Of a DNA stretch of 64,000 nucleotides, positions 48,336 to 57,593 are shown piece after piece. Within the stretch, counting starts at the first letter, position 1, and the number at the start of each line of letters is the position of its first letter. A model generated the notes under the pieces. That model ran no database searches, had not been told where the DNA came from, and was given only the letters and a program-made list of their open reading frames with translations. The stretch is from an uncultured Bacillales bacterium (GTDB taxonomy: Bacteria; Bacillota_I; Bacilli_A; RFN20; CAG-826), in contig CAMPCW010000001.1 of assembly GCA_946647665.1 (NCBI GenBank), positions 4,084-68,083 on the forward strand, written 5' to 3'. A program made the position numbers and the translations under genes.

Positions 48336-49580
48336 ATGAACATTTTTGAAATCTCTAAATCAATATTATTAAGACTAGTGAATGAAGATGTCCCATTTGC
48401 GATTGTTCTTAAAAACACTTTTAAAAAGAATAATGTCGATTCTGAATTTAAAAGCCATGTCGCTGCTTTAGTAGGATGTGAGCTTCGTCATCACTATATC
48501 TTTGATAACTTAATCAGTAGATTTTTTGATAATGTTGAGTTTGAGAAAACGATTTATTTAAGATTTGCTTTAGCAAATGGATTATTTTTAAGAAGATTTT
48601 CTGATGCTGAATTAATCGCTTTAGTGGAAAACGATTTAGATAAAGATACTATCTATAAATTATATAACTTTGTTAAATCTACTAATGAGATTATTCCTAA
48701 TGAATTAGATAAAGCTTCTCCTGAATATTTATCTTTGAGATACAACACTCCAGCGTGGGTCATTAGAATGTGGCAAAAACAATATGGTAAAGGGATGGTT
48801 TTTAAAACTTTAAAAGTTAATTATCGTCAAAGCGTTCCTTCTATTAGAGTGAATGAAAAGAATATCGATATTGATGAATTTTTAGGAAAACATCCAGATT
48901 TTTCTAAAGCTCCAATTAGTAATATGGTTATTTATCAAGGACGAGGTACCCCTAAAAAATTAATCGAATTTGAAAATGGCGATCTCTTCTTTATGAAAAT
49001 GGCGACTAAATATGTTTTAGACTCTTTAGATTTAGATATTTTAAAAGGAATCGCTATATATACTGAAGTTCCTAATAATATCTATTTAGATTTATTAACT
49101 AGATTTAACGAAGAAACTAAATTGGATTTAATTATCAATAACGTTCCTTGCTATTATGAAACCAAAAGGAACTTGGAAAAAATCGCTAAACATCATATAT
49201 TTATTTATGAAGCAGAATATACAAGTTTATTAACTTGTTTATCTAAAAAAGTGCATACCATGATTTGTATGCCAAAAAGCTCTACCTTTGACTTACTTAG
49301 AAGCACTCCAGACTACTTCTTAAGAATCAAACAAGACAAATTAGATGAAATTATCGCTAATGAAAGTGCTTGTTTGTTAGAGTGTTCTAAACACGTTGAA
49401 GAGGGTGGGGAATTAGTTTATATGATTCCTACATTGTCGAGAAAAGAAAGCAATAACGTCATCGCTAAATTCCTTGTTGAAAACAAGAACTTTGAGCTCT
49501 TAGAGGAAAGACAGTTCTTCCCGTTTGAAGTATATGACTCATGTTTATATTTTGCTCGATTAAAGAAAGTCGGGAAATAA
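48336..49580 (+). CDS. RsmB/Sun-family-like protein with an N-terminal NusB-like domain and an apparently degenerate methyltransferase core
   Basis: The N-terminus resembles the Sun/NusB region (ALVGCELRHHYIFDNL, RYNTPAWVIRMW). The gene sits in the conserved position before rlmN-stp-prkC-rsgA-rpe. The expected AdoMet motif (CAAPGGKT) and both catalytic cysteines (PCS, TCS) are absent; it reads MPKSS and MIPTLS instead. Confidence 0.65.
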   Translation: MNIFEISKSILLRLVNEDVPFAIVLKNTFKKNNVDSEFKSHVAALVGCELRHHYIFDNLISRFFDNVEFEKTIYLRFALANGLFLRRFSDAELIALVENDLDKDTIYKLYNFVKSTNEIIPNELDKASPEYLSLRYNTPAWVIRMWQKQYGKGMVFKTLKVNYRQSVPSIRVNEKNIDIDEFLGKHPDFSKAPISNMVIYQGRGTPKKLIEFENGDLFFMKMATKYVLDSLDLDILKGIAIYTEVPNNIYLDLLTRFNEETKLDLIINNVPCYYETKRNLEKIAKHHIFIYEAEYTSLLTCLSKKVHTMICMPKSSTFDLLRSTPDYFLRIKQDKLDEIIANESACLLECSKHVEEGGELVYMIPTLSRKESNNVIAKFLVENKNFELLEERQFFPFEVYDSCLYFARLKKVGK

Positions 49581-49581
49581 A

Positions 49582-50619
49582 GTGATTAATCTATACGGTT
49601 TAGAATTAAAAAAACTACAAGAATTAATGGTGAAATATGGTCAAAAGCCATATCGCGCTATCCAGCTATATACCTGGATTTATGAAAAAAGAGCGACATC
49701 TTTTGATGAGATGAGTGATATCTCTATCAGATTTAGAGATGTTTTAAAAGCGGACTTTTGTTTATCGATCCCAAAAATCCACACAAAACAAATCTCTAGT
49801 GATGGCACAATTAAACTCTTATTAGAGTTAGAAGACGGCTATAAAGTTGAAACTGTTTTAATGCGCTATAACTATGGAAATGCGGTCTGTGTTTCTAGCC
49901 AAGTAGGCTGCAATATGGCGTGCTCTTTTTGTTCTAGTGGTCTATTAGGAAAACAAAGAAATCTTGAACCACATGAAATGGTAGGACAAATCTTAGTAAT
50001 GAATAATCTTCTAAAAGAAGAAAATAGAGGTGAAAGAGTAACCCATATTGTGGTGATGGGAACTGGTGAGCCTTTTGATAACTATGATAATGTCATGGAT
50101 TTTATAAGAATTGTAAACGCTCAAAAGGGTTTAGCAATTGGTGCTAGACACATCACTGTTTCTACATGTGGTTTACCAGAAAGAATTAGACAATATTCTA
50201 AAGAAGGCTTACAAACCAATTTAGCGATTTCTCTTCACGCTCCTAATAACGAACTCAGAAACAAATTAATGAAGATCAATAAAGCTTATCCTCTTGAAGT
50301 ATTAATGCCTGCTATTAAAGATTATGAAAAAGAAGCAGGTAGAAGAGTAACGTATGAGTACCTTCTTTTAGAAGGTATTAATGACACCAAAGAATGTGCC
50401 CAAGAATTAATTGACTTAATTAAAGGCACTAATGGCTATGTCAATTTAATTCCATATAACGAAACAAATAAAAATGACTATAAACGTAGTAGCGGCAATC
50501 GTGTCCATACTTTTTTAGATATCTTGATGAAGGGTGGAGTAAAAGCCACAATTAGAAAAGAGTTTGGTAGTGATATCGATGCCGCATGCGGACAATTAAA
50601 AGCCAAAGTTGGAGATTAA
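49582..50619 (+). CDS. rlmN: 23S rRNA/tRNA m2A methyltransferase RlmN (radical SAM)
   Basis: A CNMACSFC radical-SAM cluster motif. GTG start. Length is 345 aa. Confidence 0.9.
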   Translation: MINLYGLELKKLQELMVKYGQKPYRAIQLYTWIYEKRATSFDEMSDISIRFRDVLKADFCLSIPKIHTKQISSDGTIKLLLELEDGYKVETVLMRYNYGNAVCVSSQVGCNMACSFCSSGLLGKQRNLEPHEMVGQILVMNNLLKEENRGERVTHIVVMGTGEPFDNYDNVMDFIRIVNAQKGLAIGARHITVSTCGLPERIRQYSKEGLQTNLAISLHAPNNELRNKLMKINKAYPLEVLMPAIKDYEKEAGRRVTYEYLLLEGINDTKECAQELIDLIKGTNGYVNLIPYNETNKNDYKRSSGNRVHTFLDILMKGGVKATIRKEFGSDIDAACGQLKAKVGD

Positions 50620-50620
50620 G

Positions 50621-51373
50621 ATGAGTCAATATTTAACTGGCAATTATTACTGTTTAACCGATAAAGGCAAGGTCAGAAAGATCAATGAAGACTACGCTAA
50701 CGCCCTCATTAATCCTTTTGGTAATGTTCTAATGATTGTTGCTGATGGCATGGGTGGTGCCCAAAAAGGTGAAGTAGCGTCTAAAAACTTAGTCAATTAC
50801 ATCACTCACGAATTTCTTTCTTTAGAAAAAGAATTTAAAAATGAAAAAGCGATGTCAAAATGGATTTATAAAGTGGTTAAAGAGGCGAATGAAAAGATCT
50901 ATTTAAAAGCTAGTAGTGACCCTAAATTTAAAGGAATGGGAACAACCCTATCTTTAGTCTTATTAGTAAAAGATAAATTATTAACCGCTCAAGTTGGAGA
51001 TAGTAGAGTTTATCTATTAATAGATAATAAGTTAACTCAAATTACCGAAGATCAAACTTATGTGAACTTTTTAATCAAATCAAAAGGGATGCCAAAAGAG
51101 ATTGCCTATACCCATCCAAAAAGACATGAGCTTACTAATGCTTTAGGTACTAAAAAAACTATTAATGTCGATATTAATATTAGAGATTATCATTATGAAA
51201 GAATCTTAATTTGCAGTGATGGACTTTATAATAATGTCTCTGAAAACGATTTGGCCTCTATTATTAGAGGTAATGACTCTTTAGATAAAAAAGCTAACCA
51301 ATTAATAGCCTTTGGCAACTTTAATGGTGGTAGTGATAACATGGCTCTTATTTTATGGGAGAGCGAGAATTAA
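50621..51373 (+). CDS. PP2C-family Ser/Thr protein phosphatase (Stp/PrpC)
   Basis: Motifs VADGMGG and metal-binding aspartates (ICSDGL). The ATG at 50621 has a GGAG 6 nt upstream; the track begins at a TTG at 50609. Confidence 0.85.
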   Translation: MSQYLTGNYYCLTDKGKVRKINEDYANALINPFGNVLMIVADGMGGAQKGEVASKNLVNYITHEFLSLEKEFKNEKAMSKWIYKVVKEANEKIYLKASSDPKFKGMGTTLSLVLLVKDKLLTAQVGDSRVYLLIDNKLTQITEDQTYVNFLIKSKGMPKEIAYTHPKRHELTNALGTKKTINVDINIRDYHYERILICSDGLYNNVSENDLASIIRGNDSLDKKANQLIAFGNFNGGSDNMALILWESEN

Positions 51374-52236
51374 TGGTGTTAGAACTTAATAAGTTAATTG
51401 ATTCTCGTTATATCCTTTATCGTCATGTCGCTAGTGGCGGTATGGCGGATATCTACGAGGCTCAAGATGTTGTTCTTAATAAACCTGTTGCCTTAAAGTT
51501 TTTAAAAGAAAAATATTTAGATGATGCTGATTCTTTAGAACAATTTAAAAATGAATCTAGATTCATTTCTATTTTCTCTCATCCAAATATTTTACATATT
51601 TATAATGTGGGCGAATATATTAATCGACCATATGTCTCTTATGAACTTTTAAAAGGTAAAACCCTTAAAGACTTATTGGACGCTCGCGGTAAAATCTCTA
51701 TTGATGAGGCCTTAGACTATATGTCTCAAGTTCTTTTGGGAGTTAAAGAGATGCATGAATTAGGGATTCTACATAACGATTTAAAACCTGATAACCTATA
51801 TCTTTTATATGACGGGACAATTCGTATTGTAGATTTTGGTGCCGCTACTCATATATCAAGTAAAGCCGAAAAACATATCTTAGGAACAGTTAATTATTTA
51901 GCTCCAGAAGTGGTAAATAGTAAAAAATATTCGACCCAATCTGATATCTATTCTTTAGGAATAATTTTATATGAATTATTAACTGGAGAAGTGCCTTTTA
52001 TAGGAGAAGATTCTAAAGAAGTAATTAAAGCTCACTTTAAAGGAGAGATAGTGAAAGTTAAAGAACAATTTATTAGCGCTAATATAAATGACATTAACTA
52101 TGTGATTAATAAAGCGATATATTTTAATCCTTCTCACCGCTATAAAACTATTAAAGAAATTTTAGATGATATTAATAAAATTAAAGCTCGTATTTTAATT
52201 AAAAAAGATGGTCCCTTAAAGAAGGCATTTAAATAA
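51373..52236 (+). CDS. Ser/Thr protein kinase (PrkC-like catalytic domain only; no TM helix or PASTA domains)
   Basis: Hanks motifs: VALK, HNDLKPDN, DFG, APE. A start at the ATG at 51373, which overlaps the stp stop (TAATG), gives about 287 aa. An alternative ATG at 51355 is in frame. Confidence 0.8.
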   Translation: MVLELNKLIDSRYILYRHVASGGMADIYEAQDVVLNKPVALKFLKEKYLDDADSLEQFKNESRFISIFSHPNILHIYNVGEYINRPYVSYELLKGKTLKDLLDARGKISIDEALDYMSQVLLGVKEMHELGILHNDLKPDNLYLLYDGTIRIVDFGAATHISSKAEKHILGTVNYLAPEVVNSKKYSTQSDIYSLGIILYELLTGEVPFIGEDSKEVIKAHFKGEIVKVKEQFISANINDINYVINKAIYFNPSHRYKTIKEILDDINKIKARILIKKDGPLKKAFK

Positions 52237-53075
52237 TGATTGGCACAGTTATTTCAAAAAAATATTCGACATATTCCATCCTTAGTGAGGGGATAATTTA
52301 TAACGCCTCCATTAGAGGAACTTTAAAATTTAAAGGGCATGTTTATGTTGGGGATGAAGTGGTTTTCACTGATACGAACTATATTATTGAAGCTGTTCTT
52401 CCAAGGCATTCTATACTCAAACGACCAGAAATAAGCAATATCGATCAAATTGTTTTAGTGTTCTCTTTAAAAGAACCAGATTTCTCATATTTTCTTGCTT
52501 TTAAATATTTAACTTATGCTAATTATAATGAAGTTCCTGCTGTCATTGTTTTATCTAAAAGTGATAAAGATGATAAACAAGTTAATGAAATTAAATCCGT
52601 TTTTATCAAATTAAGTATTCCGGTTTACGTCACTAGTAGCAAGACTAAAGAAGGCATTGACGAAGTTAAAAACTTAATGAAAGGCAAGAAGTCTGTTTTA
52701 GTGGGACAATCTGGAGTAGGGAAATCTTCTTTATTAAACGCGATTAATTTTGATTACGAAAGAGAAGTTGGTGAATATAGTGAGGCTCTTGGAAGAGGTA
52801 AACATAAAACTAAAGAAGTAGTGCTACTTCCTTTTATAGACGGCTTTATTGCCGATACTCCTGGTTTTTCTTCTCTTGATTTAAATTTATCTAAACTTGA
52901 AATTGCTCACTATTTCCCAGGCTTTGAAAAAAGATATCTTGATTGTTTCTATTCAAATTGTCTACATCAAAAAGAAAAAGATTGTAAAATACTTTTAGCG
53001 GTACAAGAAGGAAATATTCCTTCTATTGCCTATGAAAACTATTTAAAATTATTATCGGAAGGAGATAAATACTAA
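52236..53075 (+). CDS. rsgA: Ribosome small-subunit biogenesis GTPase RsgA (YloQ/CpgA)
   Basis: Circularly permuted GTPase with GQSGVGKSSL following the G4 motif, and a C-terminal zinc-binding cysteine/histidine cluster. Confidence 0.85.
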   Translation: MIGTVISKKYSTYSILSEGIIYNASIRGTLKFKGHVYVGDEVVFTDTNYIIEAVLPRHSILKRPEISNIDQIVLVFSLKEPDFSYFLAFKYLTYANYNEVPAVIVLSKSDKDDKQVNEIKSVFIKLSIPVYVTSSKTKEGIDEVKNLMKGKKSVLVGQSGVGKSSLLNAINFDYEREVGEYSEALGRGKHKTKEVVLLPFIDGFIADTPGFSSLDLNLSKLEIAHYFPGFEKRYLDCFYSNCLHQKEKDCKILLAVQEGNIPSIAYENYLKLLSEGDKY

Positions 53076-53076
53076 T

Positions 53077-53745
53077 ATGAAAAAAATTATTGTTGCTCCT
53101 AGTATATTAAGCGCTGATTTTAATCACCTTTTACAAGATATTAAGAAAGTTGAAGAAGGTGGTGCAGAGTGGTTACATTTTGACGTTATGGATGGACATT
53201 TTGTGCCAAACATCTCTTTTGGCCAACCTGTGCTTAAGTCAATTAGCAAGTCACATCACCTAATAAATGACGTCCACATCATGATTTCTGACCCATTCAA
53301 GTACGCTCCAGAGTTCATTAAAGCAGGAGCAGATTATTTAACCTTCCATTACGAAGCTTGTAGAAACGATTCTGAGGTATTTAAAGTTATCGATTTGATT
53401 CATGAATGTGGTGCTAAAGCTGGTTTATCAGTGAAACCAAATACCCCAATTGAAAAGGTTTATCCGTTCTTATTTTCCGTTGATATGATCTTAATTATGT
53501 CGGTTGAGCCTGGTTTTGGCGGACAGAAATTTATGCCTGAGGCTGCTAGTAAAGTCATTAGATTAAAAAACTATATGGAAGTTAACAAAATTAAAAATGT
53601 CTTAATCGAGATCGATGGTGGAATTAACGAAGAAACCGCTAAAGTTGCTAAGATGGCAGGAGTCGATGTTTTAGTCGCGGGTAGTTATTTATTTGGCCAT
53701 GATGATATTAAAGAAAGAATCGAAAAATTAAAAAAGAATGATTAA
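53077..53745 (+). CDS. rpe: Ribulose-phosphate 3-epimerase
   Basis: Motifs APSILSADF, HFDVMDGHFVPN and MSVEPGFGGQ. Confidence 0.9.
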   Translation: MKKIIVAPSILSADFNHLLQDIKKVEEGGAEWLHFDVMDGHFVPNISFGQPVLKSISKSHHLINDVHIMISDPFKYAPEFIKAGADYLTFHYEACRNDSEVFKVIDLIHECGAKAGLSVKPNTPIEKVYPFLFSVDMILIMSVEPGFGGQKFMPEAASKVIRLKNYMEVNKIKNVLIEIDGGINEETAKVAKMAGVDVLVAGSYLFGHDDIKERIEKLKKND

Positions 53746-54382
53746 TCATCTAGTTCTAACTTCTTTAATTTTGTGCTTTTTATTTGAAAGTACTTTCTTT
53801 TTATCTATCGGACTTATCTATCAATCTATAGAAAAAAGAAGATTAAGAATTCTGAATACATTTATTTTTGAAACTATTCCAAACTTCAAAGAGAAAAATG
53901 GAATTCTAAATTATTTCTTATTCTTTTCTTTATTAATTAATTTATTCCCATTTATTTTTTATGCTGCGAATAATATCAATGTTTATTCAGTGGCAATTAT
54001 GATTGTTTCAATTTTAGCAATTTTCTGTTTAGGGGCGATCCCTTTTGTTTCCCTTAATAAAATTAGAGAACACTTTTATTTATTCTTAGGGGCTTTAGTA
54101 AGTTTATTAGCGGTAGTGGGAGTTGAAGCTTTCTATTCCTTCTATATTTATAAGACATATATTGATAATTACGCTTTAGCAGCAATGATTGTCTCTACTT
54201 TTTTAGCGGCTATAATTCTTGGAATGGTCTTTAATCCTAAACTCTTTGATTTAACAAATAAAAAGAATGAAGACGGAACTTATTCCCGTAAAAGCTTCAT
54301 TCCAATAGCTTTTAATGAATGGCTACTTTATCTGATTACAATATTGACATTAATTCCAATATTTCTCATCACAATCGCATAA
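53738..54382 (+). CDS. Hypothetical polytopic membrane protein
   Basis: 214 aa with about 6 TM helices. The start overlaps the rpe stop (ATGATTAA). Confidence 0.6.
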   Translation: MINHLVLTSLILCFLFESTFFLSIGLIYQSIEKRRLRILNTFIFETIPNFKEKNGILNYFLFFSLLINLFPFIFYAANNINVYSVAIMIVSILAIFCLGAIPFVSLNKIREHFYLFLGALVSLLAVVGVEAFYSFYIYKTYIDNYALAAMIVSTFLAAIILGMVFNPKLFDLTNKKNEDGTYSRKSFIPIAFNEWLLYLITILTLIPIFLITIA

Positions 54383-54410
54383 AAAAATGACCGCAAGGTC
54401 AATTTTTTTT
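54381..54410. terminator. Bidirectional terminator (A-run, then TGACC-GCAA-GGTCA, then T-run)
   Basis: A symmetric hairpin flanked by A7 and T8, lying between convergent genes. Confidence 0.6.
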
Positions 54411-54428
54411 AATATTAACAAGTTAATA

Positions 54429-54617
54429 TTATTTTTCGGCTTTATTGAGGGTTCTATAAGCACGAGTAGACATACGAACACGTACTTCTTTGCCGTCAAC
54501 CATAACAGTACGAACTTGTAAATTTGTGTTCCATCTTCTACGAGTTGCTCTTAAAGAATGTGAACGACGGTTTCCACTGACTGGACCTTTACCTGTAACT
54601 GGACATACTCTTGACAT
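54429..54617 (-). CDS. rpmB: 50S ribosomal protein L28
   Basis: The start MSRVCPVTGKGPVSGNRRSHS is the L28 signature. The ATG at 54617 has an AAAGGAGGTG RBS 7 nt upstream; the track ORF is 13 codons longer. Confidence 0.9.
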   Translation of the reverse strand: MSRVCPVTGKGPVSGNRRSHSLRATRRRWNTNLQVRTVMVDGKEVRVRMSTRAYRTLNKAEK

Positions 54618-54692
54618 ATCGACACCTCCTTTTAAGCGTCTTGTAAAGACTATCACAAATTAAATAGTTATTTCAACAACTAATTTATAAAA

Positions 54693-55166
54693 TTAATATC
54701 TTTCTTGAGGGTAGGCCCTTCTAAACTCTTCTACACTCATCGTATTTGGACATTTTTTGATCACTGTTTCTAAAAGCTTTCCGTCTTTATCTCCTAAGAG
54801 ATATTTAGTGCCGCTTTTTTTAGTGAAGATGATTACCATCTTTTTCTTTTTACTTTGCTCCACATCTAAAAAGATGATACTGGAGTAATCGTATTGATAT
54901 TCTTTAGCGAGCCTTTTCACGATGAAATATTTATCTTCAATGATATAACGTTGACCGAATAACGCCATTAAATAAGTGACAGTAAATAAAATTAGAAATG
55001 CCCCTAAGAAGATTCCTTGAGGTAAACCAAAAGGTCTAATGTATATTCCCCCTTCTCCTGGAAGGAAGAAAAGATTAAAACTTGCAGAGAAAGTAACGGC
55101 AAAAAGAATTGCAAAGACAATTAAATATCGCCAAGTGATTCTCCAAGGATGAATTTTAACAACCAT
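54693..55166 (-). CDS. Bacterial PH-domain (bPH_2-like) membrane protein
   Basis: Two N-terminal TM helices and a C-terminal YdbS/YdbT-like PH segment (YIIEDKYFIVKRL...). Confidence 0.55.
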   Translation of the reverse strand: MVVKIHPWRITWRYLIVFAILFAVTFSASFNLFFLPGEGGIYIRPFGLPQGIFLGAFLILFTVTYLMALFGQRYIIEDKYFIVKRLAKEYQYDYSSIIFLDVEQSKKKKMVIIFTKKSGTKYLLGDKDGKLLETVIKKCPNTMSVEEFRRAYPQERY

Positions 55167-55298
55167 GTTAGTTATTGTATCCTAAAAGGATTTAACAGTA
55201 AAGCGATTATATACGATAATAACCTACAACAGTCTATTGGTATTTCAAAAAATATCAAGTGATTTAATTTTTTATATAAATAAATATAATTTATTTCT

Positions 55299-55327
55299 TT
55301 GAGTATATTCTTTTTAAAGAGTATGAT
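55299..55327 (+). promoter_or_regulatory. Candidate promoter TTGAGT-17-TATGAT upstream of glgC
   Basis: The hexamers have 17 nt spacing and end 8 nt before the GGAGG. Confidence 0.35.
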
Positions 55328-55347
55328 TGTTAGTGGAGGTTATGTTA

Positions 55348-56469
55348 ATGCTAAATAATAATAAAGTCGTAGCTATGATATTAGCTGGTGGAAAAGGCAC
55401 TAGATTAGAAGCCTTAACTAAAAAGACTGCTAAGCCTGCAGTTAGTTTTGCCGCTAAATATCGCATTATTGATTTCCCACTTAGCAATTGCGCTAATAGT
55501 GGAATTAACGTCGTGGGGGTTTTAACGCAATATGAGTCTACTGAATTAGATTCTTATATTGGTAACGGCGAAAAATGGGGTCTTAATGGTGTGCATTGCT
55601 TAATGAGCACTTTAGCTCCAAGACAAACTGAAGAAGGTGCAAACTGGTATAAAGGTACAGCTGATGCTATTACACAAAATATTGATTTTTTAGATAATGC
55701 TAATCCTGAATTTGTGGTTATCCTTTCTGGAGATCATATTTATAAGACTAGTTATGCAGAAATGATTAATTTACACGAATCCAGCAAAGCTGATGTTACT
55801 ATTTCTGTTATAGAAGTTGATCCATCAGAAGCTTCTAGATTTGGTATTATGGCGGTCGATAAAAACGACAATATTGTGGAATTCCAAGAAAAACCAAAAG
55901 TTCCAAAAAGTAATCTTGCCTCTATGGGCGTTTATGTTTTTACTTGGAAGACATTACGCAAATATTTAAAACGTGACGCGAAAGATGAAAAGAGTGATCA
56001 CGACTTTGGTAAAAATATCATCCCATTAATGCTTAATGATAAATGCAAGCTTAAAGCCTATAGATTTAAAGGCTATTGGAGAGATGTTGGTACCCTTGCT
56101 TCGCTTCACGAGGCAAACATGGATATTGCTTTAGATAAGATGGAACTTAATCTTTATGAGCAAGACCTCAATAATAGAATTTATACTCAAGACACTTATA
56201 GTGTCCCTCAATATATTGGTAAACAAGGTCACATCACTAGAAGTATCGCTAATCAAGGCGCAATTATTTTAGGTGATGTTGATAGCTGCGTGATTTCTAC
56301 TGGTGTCATTATTGAATCAACTTGTAAACTCACTAGATGTGTCGTTATGGAAAATGCTCATATTAAAAAGGGCGCCAGAATCCATAATGCAATTATCGCT
56401 CCTGGAGTGGTAGTTGAAGGTGATGAAAAAATCAATGTTGGCAATGACAAAGTTGTATTAATTGCTTAA
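55348..56469 (+). CDS. glgC: Glucose-1-phosphate adenylyltransferase
   Basis: N-terminal AMILAGGKGTRL and a C-terminal left-handed beta-helix. The ATG at 55348 is 8 nt after the GGAGG; the track start is upstream. Confidence 0.9.
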   Translation: MLNNNKVVAMILAGGKGTRLEALTKKTAKPAVSFAAKYRIIDFPLSNCANSGINVVGVLTQYESTELDSYIGNGEKWGLNGVHCLMSTLAPRQTEEGANWYKGTADAITQNIDFLDNANPEFVVILSGDHIYKTSYAEMINLHESSKADVTISVIEVDPSEASRFGIMAVDKNDNIVEFQEKPKVPKSNLASMGVYVFTWKTLRKYLKRDAKDEKSDHDFGKNIIPLMLNDKCKLKAYRFKGYWRDVGTLASLHEANMDIALDKMELNLYEQDLNNRIYTQDTYSVPQYIGKQGHITRSIANQGAIILGDVDSCVISTGVIIESTCKLTRCVVMENAHIKKGARIHNAIIAPGVVVEGDEKINVGNDKVVLIA

Positions 56470-56480
56470 GGAGAGAAAAT

Positions 56481-57593
56481 ATGAGACGAGTTATTGGAAT
56501 TTGTGATTTACATAACGAACCATCTCTTAGTGGTTTAACAGATAAACGCCCATTAGGTGCGGTTACTTTCTTAGGTAGATATGGCTTAATTGATTTTGCT
56601 TTATCTAACTTCTCTAATTCTCATATTGATAGAGTCTATGTTCTTGTTAAAAAGGGAATTGTGTCTTTAAGAAGACATATCGGTAGTGGTTCTATTTGGA
56701 CCAACAATACTAAACTTGGCTATATTTCATTAGTTTTAAATGAAAAAGGATTACGTCATCCAGCGTTTAATACTGATATTAATAACATTAAATATAATGT
56801 TCCGTTGGACGAACTCGATTTTGAATACGCTGTTATTGCTCCTAGCTATTTCTTAAGTAGTATGGACTTTAAACCAATAGTTGAAAAACATATTGCTAGT
56901 GGCGCAGACATTTCTAGCGTTTATATCCACGTCGATAACGCTGATAAAGATTATTTAAGAGCAGATAAGTATAAAATCAGCGATGGCAAGATTATTAAAT
57001 CTTCACCAAACTTACTTAGAAGCAAGGAAGCAGATATCTCTATTGATACTTATATCCTTTCTAAAAAGGCTCTTAAAAAGATTGTTTCTGATGGCACTAA
57101 AGTTAGTGAATTGTTCTCCATCAAGGACATGATTAATTATTACATCCAAGAAGAAATTCTTAATGTTAACCCAATCGAATTTAAAGGATATGTCGTTCCA
57201 ATTCTTAATCTAAAGAATTATGTCGAACATTCCTTTGACTTACTTAATTATCATATTCGCTGCCAACTCTTCTTAGAAGACTGGCCAATTTATACAACTA
57301 CTCATAATACCCCACCAGCTTTATACGGCAAAGACGCTGATGTGCAAAATAGCTTTGTTGCTAACGGGGCCATTATAAAAGGAAAAGTTCATAATTCGAT
57401 CATTTCCCGTGATGTGGTAGTGGAAAAAGGAGCAGATGTTAAAAACTGCATTATCTTTACTCAAACCCAAATTGGTAAAGACACTAAACTCGAATATGTT
57501 TTAGCGGATAAAAATGCTTCTATTAAAGAAGTGAAGAAGATTTCTGGTACTCCAGATGATGTTGTTTATATCAAAGTAGGAGTGAAAGTCTAA
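56481..57593 (+). CDS. glgD: Glucose-1-phosphate adenylyltransferase regulatory subunit GlgD
   Basis: A GlgC paralog that lacks the GGxGxRL signature, in the typical Firmicutes glgC-glgD-glgA arrangement. Confidence 0.8.
   Translation: MRRVIGICDLHNEPSLSGLTDKRPLGAVTFLGRYGLIDFALSNFSNSHIDRVYVLVKKGIVSLRRHIGSGSIWTNNTKLGYISLVLNEKGLRHPAFNTDINNIKYNVPLDELDFEYAVIAPSYFLSSMDFKPIVEKHIASGADISSVYIHVDNADKDYLRADKYKISDGKIIKSSPNLLRSKEADISIDTYILSKKALKKIVSDGTKVSELFSIKDMINYYIQEEILNVNPIEFKGYVVPILNLKNYVEHSFDLLNYHIRCQLFLEDWPIYTTTHNTPPALYGKDADVQNSFVANGAIIKGKVHNSIISRDVVVEKGADVKNCIIFTQTQIGKDTKLEYVLADKNASIKEVKKISGTPDDVVYIKVGVKV

Noticed and set aside
50609-51373. Longer annotated starts in the ORF track for stp (TTG at 50609) and prkC (ATG at 51355)
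   Set aside because: Downstream ATGs with properly spaced GGAG-type RBS, or with a stop-start overlap, fit better. The upstream extensions lie inside the preceding gene.
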